A DNA stretch of 51,351 bases, from NCBI RefSeq assembly GCF_001186125.1, contig NW_014039971.1:6605-57955 (forward strand), in the 5' to 3' direction. This DNA comes from Sphaeroforma arctica JP610 (Eukaryota). The position numbers and the translations under genes were made by a program. Positions 38,884 through 50,600 of this stretch are shown here, in pieces; the first letter of the stretch is position 1; each line of letters opens with the position of its first letter. Under the pieces are notes generated by a model. The model had not been told where the DNA came from, searched no databases, and saw only the letters and a program-made list of their open reading frames with translations.

Positions 38884-41800
38884 TGTATTGTATTGTACTG
38901 TATTGTACTGTACTGTACTGTGTTGTATTGTACTGTACTGTACTGAGTTGTATTGTATTGTATTGTATTGTATTGTATTGTATTGTACTGTACTGTGTTG
39001 TATTGTATTGTACTGTGTTGTATTGTACTGTATTGTATTGTACTGTACTGTGTTGTATTGTATTCTTACACACCTCCCTCTGATGGGCTGTCATTTTGAT
39101 GGCGTTGGGGTCTTCACCTCTCTTGCGTGCCTGGTCGTCACGGATCTTCTTCTGCCAGGCTTCCTCCTCAAGATCTGCCGAGTGCATTTTAGTACCTCGT
39201 TGTGTGAGTGTACGTTTATCACCGCGTAGCAATAGCCCAGCTGTAGTTCCAGAGACTACGTACATGAACGCCAACATACTTGCCGGTATGCCAGCCTCAT
39301 CAGACCCAAACATCCTGGGTCCAGGCGCAGATAGGGGGTTACTACGATCTGATACTCGGGTGATAAGTAAGACTATAAAGCGCAGGGCTGCACCCGCTAG
39401 GGAACGCATACATTCGCAAATGAAACAAGCGCGCGTACGGGCAGGATAGAACACCACTGGCAGACGCTCGCTGAGCGACCATCAGTTTGTGCGTACCTGT
39501 TTTCTTAGTGTGTGTTTGCCTGTTTTCTTAGTGTGTGCGTACCTGTTTTCTTGCCCTTCTTCGCTCGAGACGGTGCTGGGGCCTGGCTTCGTTTGATGGC
39601 TGCAAGAGTGGAGGATGGGAGGACACAGCGCAGATAGTGTTGAGCTTGTACCAGATACAATGCAAAGTGTGATCATATAATTCATACAACCGTCTACCTG
39701 CCCCCTGGAGTGCAGTTGGCGAGTGAGGTACGTAATGCACACCGCAAGCGGATATTGCGTTCTCCGGTGGGACGCTGACATGCAGCCCTGACATGCAGCC
39801 CTGACGCGAGCGTTCTCTAGCAATGGAAGCGCTGATTCCGGCTAAACATAGCTTGCACAGTGCGTGCGTCGACACGCACTTATCTGCTAATGCAAACAAA
39901 AATCCGTTCATATATTCATCATCTGTATCCCGCCCTACGCACATATCGCCCATCTTGGTCCTCGTGGCTAACATATTGCCAGCACGCGCACACAACGGAT
40001 TGACCACAGCGCAAAGCCCCGACTATTCGCACGCCTTACACGCGTCGGCGCGGCATTGGCGACCTCCGCAAAGCATCAACATGCAATCGTAAACAGAGTG
40101 CACTTGTTGTTATATAGCTCCTCCGCCGGGGTGGTGCAAACATCCATCTTATCGCATTCACTGATATACAACGGCTGAGCCGAGGTCACACACAGCCCAT
40201 GGCCAATAATAAACCACCCACACGTCACCATGGCGATGGCAAGAAAATCACAACCACACAACCAGAGCACTAACACACAACCAGAGCACCAACACAACAC
40301 ATACACTCCAAGACTTCGTTGTTGTACAGCTCTCCCTCAGGCGTGGTGTAGACATTCTTCTTGTACGCATCCACCGACAGGATCAGCGGCGAGTCGAGGC
40401 TAGCCATGGCCCATTTCAGATAAGGCAGCACCGTGGCATCACCCACATGCACCAGAAGGTCCTTGATGGCCGCAATGGCTGCCTGCTGTGTGTGCGGGTT
40501 CTGGGGAGTACGGAATACATGATGGTAGGTAAGTCCCGAGCTATCATGCGAGATGGGTGGGTGATGCGTGTGTGTGAGGCCATACGTCACCTATGTACGG
40601 TGACGCTGCGGATGATACGGCATGCCGTTCACAGCATCTTCGCTGGGCGAGTTCCGCTGAGCACCGAATGCGTTAACGGTTCGTATGCACTATCTTACTG
40701 GACTACTGTGTGTGGTGCAGGTCCATGGCCGAGCAATCGCAGACCTCTTTATGCTATCCGTGCCGTGTACATGAGCTTCGAAGTGAGCGAGTAGAGCTTG
40801 GGGCGATGCGCTTGAGTCAGAGACGTTTGGTGAGATGTGCTTGTGAGTTGGGACGATGTTCGGTTAGGCACACATCTATCCATGCAGCAACCCGCATCAA
40901 ACACACCGCACACGCGGACAGTGCTTTCCTTAATTACGGCTCACGATTTCACTTTGTCTTAGAGGGCATGAGCCTATCTGAGCAGCAACTGACGAGTAGC
41001 CAACTACACCTGCGACACCGCACACAGCGCTGCAGAGAAGCACTCACATGCCACCAGCAGTACTATTAAAGGTGAAATCGGCCCTACACCCGTGTGGTGT
41101 TCACATGCAGTGGTACCTATAGAGATCGATGTGTGTAGGTATGTGTGTGTGCATACAAACAACATATACATGCCTATGCAGAGCACGTACGAGCATTTTT
41201 CTGGCGCATACCTCGCTTCCTACCCCGAGATCACCGGTTGTCAGTGCGATTACTTCCTCCAGATTGTCTCTGATGAAACTCTCAATATCCACTTGCGCGT
41301 GCCGCAGCATACGATGGTAGGCTTTCTTGGACCCTGCAGGGCAATAGACTCTGGTATCAGCTTAAACCCAGGTAAAGTGAAGAAGCGCGTGTACACATAG
41401 AAACCGGCAATTGCGCTTTTATGGATGCAGACGGTACTCATCCCGAAGTACGCACATGAAACGAAAGGCGAATGTATACATGAACGTTCTTTCGCAAGTT
41501 ATACTCGAGCCCCCTCATATAGTATACATATACAGATATATGCAGATCTGGTGTGCACTTAGATCAATTGTTATCTTACCTACTCGGGGATGATTGTTGT
41601 TATCTTACCTACTCGGGGATGATTGAAAACCAAAAGTGACTTCAGGGCCATATGTTCATGGGTACTTTTCGTACCGTTGCCGCTCACGCCGCAGATTGCG
41701 GTGGCGGTTAGCATCAGGAACTCTTTGTTCTGAGTCAGTGGGATCTAAAGCCGATAAAGAAAATTTGGACAAATTTAGGAACACTCGGTGACCCTATTGT

Positions 41801-44800
41801 AGCTACATATACCAAATACACAAGTATACACGTCAAATATGTGCATATATGTACTTGCATATGTAAACTTGCTTCAGTTGTACATGGATATGTGTTTGAA
41901 TCCAATCCACTACGAATCACCATGCAATCTCAACCAACCACACGAACCTGCCTTAGCGACCAACTGCACACATGACAAGCGCAAACACACACCTCAGGCT
42001 CCAGGAATAGCGCATCAAACACACTGAGTAAGACATCCAGCTTCTCGTCCACATCCCTATCGTCCCGCACGGCGCCGCTAACGGCCGCCACACACTGCCG
42101 GCGCACACCCACATCCTCAGACACACTCAGGCGTAGCACAGCAGCCACCCAGGGGCTTTGCGCATTGACCCATTCGCCGGGGTTGGCCGAGAGTACGCAG
42201 GTGGATAGTCGAGCAATGCTGCGTTGGAGGGGCACGTCTGCGTTGGCCAGCAGTTTGGGGCTGCACAGGACTTCCATGGTGGTGATGACGTTGCGGAGAT
42301 CGCCGCCTTTCTTCAACGGCAGCGCTGTGGGGTAGAGTGGGGAGGAAGGGGGAGGGAAAGGATGAGGGTGGATGTGTTCGTAGAGATGAGGGTTGATGTG
42401 TTCATAGAAGTATTGCACTCCGGGAGTGATTGTACACACACATACAGCTCATGCTGTCGTCTTGATAGTTCTGCAAGTACCTACACACTCTCTCATACAA
42501 TAAAGCCGTGCCACCAACATACATACATACATACCCACACTCGCATTGTCCCCCTGTGTCCACGCCAGCAGGTAGTACGCCGCATATGTCGCATCCGCCA
42601 CCGCCGCGTGCGCAGGTTTAGCCACAGCGCTGTCAATGATGGCCAGAAGATTAGGCACCAAACTGGCGCACACGTCCTTAGTGCAGCTAGAGGTTGCAAC
42701 TCCGCAGGAGAGTGTTTTGAGGGCTGCTGAGCGGCAGGTTGGCTTGGCCTTGGGTGTGAGGTAGTTGTTAGCAAAGGCGTCCAGAACCTTCTGGGGAAGT
42801 ACGGAGACAAACGGCAGCCACTGCTCTACGGCAGAGAACTCGGCCAGCTGCGCGGTTTCATTGGCTATTATAAATAGAAAGATAGGCGGGATTTCATCAT
42901 GAGGAACGCAATGGCCCAATAAGTATGGTCACAGGGAGAAACCAGACTTGGTGTACTTATATAAAGCATCAAAGAGAACCCTATGTATGAAATTGGTACA
43001 ACCCCAATACCATCTGCGCACAGGGTGCAGAAGATCTAAATCAGCAAGAAAAAAAACCCCCCCTACGTGTTCACGAACATACACACGCAGTAGAGGAACT
43101 GCAACCCATGTCACTAACCCGAAACAGAGACTGCGATACACAACAGCAACCATCCATGCCACAAGCCCCAAGGGCTACCAACACCCCCCCCCCCAACCCC
43201 TCTCGGCCCCAAGGGAAATCACACTCCCTGGGTCGCAACCATACCTTTGTGCTCGCGTATGCACATGCACTACATAACCGGCGACAGTGCTTATAACAGC
43301 GATGCCATACACAAACCTATAGCCAAATGACTGGCATGCTACACACCTTCCTTATCCGCCGCCGCCAGCGCAGCCGTCACCACATCGGCAGCCACTTGCT
43401 GCTTCGTAGTGTCGTGCGCAGCCTTTGCCACAGCCTCCAAGGCCTGAGCCACATGCACCTTGTGTGCCCAAGCGGACACCTTGACCGGTCCTTTTCCGCT
43501 GACCATGTCCACCAGTCCACTTGTGAGCGTGGTTAGGGACGCGGGCGAGGACAGGTGCGTGCACAGCGAGGTGCAGAACTGTGCGAGCGTGTGTGCGTGT
43601 GAGTATTCGAAGATAAGCTTGACGCCAGAGTATGCGTGCGAGAACGAATTGTACCGCTACATGTCCACCAGTGCACTTGGAGTGTGGTTTCAGACGTGGG
43701 GGAAGACAGATGCGTGCACAGAGAGGTTCATAATTCTCTATGTGAGAGACATAGAGAGTGAGAGAGATGGTGAGTGTGTGTGAGAGAGAGAGTGAGTGAG
43801 AGAGAGAGAGAGAGAGAATGTGTGTGTATGTGTGTGTATGTGTATGTATGTGCGCGTTGGGGTGAGAAGCCGAGGGTGTGAGTTAATGAAGGCTTGAAGG
43901 TTGCACAGTGAACGTACGTCATGATTTGGAGCAATGAACTGAGAGTAGACTGGAGCTTATGCAGTTCGTTGTACAATATCTGTACGTCCATGAAAGCATA
44001 CGCAGACGTACAATTCCAATTAAACGGAAATGTTCAGTGGCATGAGTATGGACAAGCAATCAACTTCAAACAATCGATATCTATTAAGGAAATCATTCTC
44101 TGAACAATATGCACGGACAGCACTGGGAGGATCAATAGCTCCCATGGGTAATGTAACACTTCAAATTGTGTGCATGCGGTCTAAACAGATCGTAGGCTCC
44201 GAGAGCAGATACATGCGAAGGTACACACGCATGCCCGTAGGTCTGATGATGGTATATGGGCACATCAGGCGCACAGAACTAGTACGTCAACGCTTGACTG
44301 CTACATACACAAGCACTAGCGACCCACTCGATTGAAACAACGGTCACAGAAAGGAATATAAACAACCTGCATCCCCTGCTTAACCATACCACTATCCCGC
44401 CATCAAACTCAGAATACAGTCACCCGAAGTAACCTCACAACTGGTGCATGCCAACGAAACGCCGACCACACCGTACACAAGGTTGCACAAACCTCCACGC
44501 CGTTGTCTCGGATGTTCTCCTCTTTGTGGTTGAGAGTGTTGCGCACGGCCGACATGAAGTCGTCCACAAAGTGACTGAGATCCGACTCCAGCGAGTCCAT
44601 CTGTGACGCCAAAACTAACAGTGCGCACGGGATAAGGAGTGGGGTGGGTATGAGGAGATGAGGATACCAGGACGCGGAGGCTCAGAGTGTATGTAGTGCG
44701 AATTAGACCAGAGGCACGGGGTGGCAATACAAAGTGTGGATAAATATATGAGGGATTTCTGGAGTAGTTTGAGTAAAAAGGGAGTACGCGAGAAAGCGAG

Positions 44801-47413
44801 GTGTAAATGAGTGATTAACCGGCGGGAAGTTGGTATCACCGTATCAGACCATGAGCCAGTTCAGTAGGCACCAGAGGCAGACCCAGCCTAACGCGTAACC
44901 AATGCGAGACATAATGTGCGGACTTGGTTGCGGCCTGTAGTCAGATATGCCTCGTTTGTTGCACACCGCTGAGCCTCTAAAATCCATCTATTCAACGCAC
45001 CACAGAACACTTGCTCGAGCTCACACGCCATCGCGTAGTCCGAACACAAACGGGTGAGGGACTGAGTGTACCATGACAGATGCTGACTGTAGACTCTTGT
45101 GGACAAGCTCAAGTCTTGCGACCGGGCGAGTGAATTGACTCCCACACCCGAGCGGGACATAGCGGCTTGGACACGCACGCAGATGCTTTTCACCGCACTT
45201 GTCCAATACTATACACATACACTCTACTGCCATCGTACTCTTACTTGATACAGACACTCTACTGCCAACGTACTCATACTTCATTCAGACACTCTACTGC
45301 CATCGTACTCTTACTTGATACAGACACTCTACTGCCAACGTACTCATACTTCATTCAGACACTCTACTGCCATCGTACTCTTACTTGATACAGACATTCT
45401 ACTGCCAACGTACTCATACTTGATACAGACATTCTACTGCCAACGTACTCATACTTCATTCAGACACTCTACTGCCAACGTACTCATACTTCATACAGAC
45501 ACTCTACTGCCAACGTACTCATACTTCATACAGACACTCTACTGCCAGTGTACTCACACTACAGCCATCCTCGCAACAGCCTTCCTGGGGCACACACTGT
45601 ACTTACTCACTGATCCCACCGAAGAGTTGCGCAGGAATGACTTCATGGTCGGAGGGAGTATATCCTTGACATAGCTCTCTGCTGGCATGGCACTGAGAAT
45701 CGCCCGAAAGCCCATCTGAAGACATATGTATAAGGGTTGCGCATTAGCTGTGCAATCCAATCCAATCACTCGATGCAGTACAGAGCCTCTCATGAAGTAC
45801 CCAGAAAGGTCTGTGGAACTGTTGCGTTGTGTGACATGTCGCTATGCCAGGCAACGCAGTACTTACTCACTAATGAAGGTGTTGAAGTGGTCGACCCATC
45901 CCCATCTCATGTTAAGTTATAAGCCCAGAAGGGTCTTGATTGTCCAAACGTATACAGCATAATACCACGCGTGAAGTGTGCTTGGTGCAATCTCATAACA
46001 ACTGTGTTCGGAGACAACCTTTGCGGGTATCTTGTCTTGTAGTACGACTACACACTCGCGTGCGCAACGCCCACAGCGGTCATGGAACACACTACAGAGA
46101 CGAATGACAGTCTACACTACAGTGACGAATAACTGTACAGAAGCATGCAATTCCGGCGAAAGTTGTGAGACGTGGTCATGTGTACGTCCCTATTGTTTTG
46201 GCAGCATACCCGGCTGTAGTGTGTTGCGCGTTTTGCTAATAATAAACGCCTAGAGAAACAGGTCAAGCGTGATAGTAAACACGGGTACAATACAGTGCAC
46301 GCATCAAGTAGCACGCACACGTTTGTTTCGCACTTTCACCACTCAGAGATATATAGCTATACAGACTTGCAACGTTAGGACGCCCTTGGCCTCACGGTAC
46401 TTGGATTAACGTGACAGATCGCGCTGTATATGATACTTTGTGATTTCGAGTACGCGCATGCGAGCTTAATATAACTTGCGCTGAATATAACATCGTTGGC
46501 ATTCAACACAGCGAAGAAACTCGGCGTTGCAGACACCTCGGGTCTCCTTCTCGAGCGCGTTCACGTGTATTTGTTGTCATTTCTGATGGATCAGAATGGG
46601 CACAACCCAAACGCTCTTCAATGCCAAAGACAGTACACTCCACGCAGATATTTCAATACAAACCCCAAGAGTACTAAAGACAGTACACTCCACACAGATG
46701 TTTCAAAACAACCCCCAAGAGAAATAAAGACAGTACACTCCACACAAATGTTTCAAAACAACCCCCAAGAGAAATAAAGACAGTACACTCCACACAGATG
46801 TTTCAAAAAAAACCCCCAAGAGAACTTAGCTTCACACAAATGTTTCGAAACAACCCCCAAGAGAAATTAGCTCCACGCAAATGTTTCAAAACAACCTCCA
46901 AGAGAAATAAAGACAGTACACTCCACACAGTTGTTCCAATACAAAACTCAACGGCTCCACAAGTGAAAACGTCGAATAGCACTGAGACCTAAACAACTTA
47001 CGCATTCGTGCAGGGGCGGCAACACCTTCTGCTTCACAATAGTGGTTTGATAAAGCTTTACCAAGTTGGGCTGTGGAGGTCGAGATCCGATAAAGATGGA
47101 TCAGAAAAGATGATACAAAGAAATGAACAACTACCCCTAGTACAAGCCAAGCGAAACCGTACTGGCGGCGTGTGACGCGGGATGAACGCTCAACAATGGT
47201 GCGTGTGTGCGTGTGTGGTCATATATGTCAATACACTAATAACCATGCAATGAGGCATATGATCACATGCTGAAACTCTTACATGCCATGCAACCGAGAC
47301 TAACAACTTGTACATATACTTCATGTATATTTACAAACCTTACTGACTATCCGAATGTGCGTGGACTATTGCAGATAACATCGTTCAAAGCATTTTAACG
47401 AACCGATTTACAA

Positions 47414-47471
<58 letters not shown>

Positions 47472-47498
47472 GTATGTATATATGTATATATGTATATG

Positions 47499-47558
<60 letters not shown>

Positions 47559-47597
47559 AGTATGTATGTATGTATGTATGTATGTATGTATCTGTAT

Positions 47598-47632
<35 letters not shown>

Positions 47633-50600
47633 GATAGATAGATAGATAGATATATATATATATAACCATCACATATGCCACATGCAATGTGCTTGATCCT
47701 GAAATTCAAACTACTATTGATTACTATCTCCTACGTCTACGTACTGTTAAATATGAGCGTAATACCGTCTTCTACCGCATACATATCATACACGCACGCA
47801 TACACACGCACGCGCGTCCAAACTCTCCCAAACAACTACACACCATATGCTCAGCTACAATCTCCTCCATCTCATATCTATTAGCATGGTCCACAATCAG
47901 ACCCGCGAGCTTTCCGGGATAGGCACTGGGGGCCACTTCCAGCACAGACAGATAGCTGTCGCACAACGCACGGCCGCCTTTGTGCAACAACGCATCAACG
48001 GTAGCACGACAGCGTTGGTTGCCACGACGGTTGTCCACTTCGTATACTGCGCTGACTAGCTTGGCCTAGTGAAGCAGGGCACGAGGGTTGCACGGGCAAG
48101 ACAAGAAGTCGACAATGAATACCACTTGTTTGGGTAATACATACATACATACCAGCGATGAGTGCCAATAGCAGATAAATAAGTATCGTGCCGCTGAGCG
48201 AATAAACAAATGTGTATTTTTGTGTTGTGTATTTTGATGTCTGGATTGGAACTCTGCCCTGAGATCGTTTCGCAATAAGTACCCTATCACGCACTTGCTT
48301 ATACACAAATAAACACTAGCGCGTCGCACAGCTCTCAATTGTGATGAATCATAGGTTGACGCCGTTTTTTTGCGGGTGCTTCCGCGGTGAACAACACCTT
48401 CCCGAAATATTAAAGTATATAGTCATATAGAAACAATCGCACGGGATGTGTCAGGTACGGTAGTGAGGGCGCTCGCTGCTACCCTATTCACGTGCTGTGT
48501 GGAGACGGAGATCCAAACCAATGGTTGTGTGTGTGTAACTGTGTGAATGTTGTGTGGCGTGTGTCTATACGTGTGCGCGTGTGTGTAGAAAACAACATAT
48601 ATGTACAACAAACTTATCAATATATATATATATGCGTGTGTGTGTGTGCGGAAAAACAATCTATATATATATATACATATATATACCATATGTATAATTA
48701 TATATATATATATATGTGTGTGTGTGCGTGTGCGCGTGTGTGTGCGTGTATGAATATATACATATACATAAATGGGTCACACACCCACCTGCGCCAGAGC
48801 CAATGATTTGAGTACATCAGGGTTAGCAAGGACACACTCCACCCCAACAGCAGATATGAACGACATCGTCCAATTCAAAAGCGTGTTGATAGCCAATACG
48901 TTGTACCTGGAGATGTATTTAGATTGAAACTCTGATATAAGAAACGCTGAATTTGAGTTCGTGCATTCTTTTGCACAAAGGTAAAATGAGTGCTTAGAAC
49001 GTGCACCAAATACAGAACTTCGTATCCGCGTTTGAAGATTGTCAAGATGCTATTCATTCCGAACCGTAAATTTGAACATGAAGCGATACTAAAACAGATG
49101 GAATTCACAGGCAACCTGACAAAACACCATCTAAACTACTACTAATATCAAAGGACGGAAGTTACTCTGTGAAGACAGTTTGATATCCTTCGTAAAGAAT
49201 GCCGCCTCGTGCACATTGACGGTGCGCAACTCCTCTTAGAAAGGTGCGTCTGCCATCACTGATGAAGTGATTTGAAAATTATACAGCGTATATACAATGC
49301 ATACCCGTGTAACTACGGGAATATGCACAATGCACATACCAAACGAGACCCATCCTTGCAGGACGGTGAAAATATATCACACGTATCTGCTGAAAGGACT
49401 AGACACGCAACTATGAGTCATCATTATAGACATGCATGCTTCGCAACCATACATGCCTTGCGCAATAACTGGAACATGATGTTGCGACGGATGACGGCCG
49501 TATTCGTTGCCAAAATTCAAATAACCCTATACGCTAACATAAACATCCACACTTGCTAAACTATATGCAACAACTAAGCTCTGTAGCCAGCCTCGCAGCC
49601 CGAAAGGAATTGTGAAACAGCAGGAGCTATTCCAAAGCGATTATACGCACCCACTACGGGGCTTAGGATCCAAAGCACAGGTAGACTTACCCTTTTCGAG
49701 CGGCCAGTTTTGTGATGACCACCGGAAACGTTTTGACGGCATTCTCGGATGAAGCTGTGCACAAACTGGCGAATTTCAACGAGCCAAAAACAATACGTTA
49801 GTGAAATAAGAATATAGTGAACGGTAAGTATTTGACGGTATTTGTGCATGTATGGCGCGGTAGTAGAGTATCCTTCAACCAAGGTATGCATCACATCCAT
49901 CATTATTCTAACTACAGAGTATCGCGACAGCAACACAGCCAGACACACGCGTACTCCAACCTGCCCCTTCCAGGCACACAACCCGACCGTCAACGCCAGG
50001 GCAATAAACTACGAACTTGCCTTTCTAGGGCCTTGTTGACAAGAGTGCGAGATCTTCTATCCGCATACTGGTGTAGGGTTTTGACCAATCCCACGAGCAG
50101 GGGCTTGAAGCACTCGTCAACCTCACCTGTCAACCGCAAACCCAAGAAAGCCACATGAGTATCCAATGAATGGAAAAAGTGCGTGCGTTCCTCGCGAAAC
50201 TCTCGAGCAGGTGTGGTGTCGACCACTTCCAAATTGGTTCCCTGTTGAGTGCCCGAGGGCCTAGAATCGCATTTATAGGACACTCGCTGTCCGGTCTCAT
50301 GTTGTTTGCGAACAAAGCAGCGACGAGTGAGTGGTATCAATGCAAGAAGTGCTGTAATGCAATACGGCCAATGCCCGCACACATTGATCATGCCATAATG
50401 ACAAACGCTGCAATAACTAGCTTACGATGTCCAAAACGACGCTTGCAATGATGCGTGATCTCCTAATTACGGCTGCATTGCCTCGCAATGCATTAGGACG
50501 GATGGTGGTGGGATGGTAATTCAACGTATGACAACAACGGAGACCACTCTTGGCGCTAAGATGATACTCCAATTTGCATACATGATGGCAGTGAGGTATA

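Noticed and set aside
38248..39083. Long Cys/Val/Leu/Tyr-rich ORFs
   Set aside because: Artefact of the pentanucleotide satellite.
41004..41066. Exon-like stretch taatag|...CAG|GTGTAG between GCN1 exons 13 and 14
   Set aside because: Its phase is incompatible, and the neighbouring exons already join with homologue-like spacing.
45857..45875. Short copy of the exon 7 donor sequence (gtacttactcact) in the upstream intron
   Set aside because: Only ~13 nt and mostly donor consensus, so it cannot be told from chance.
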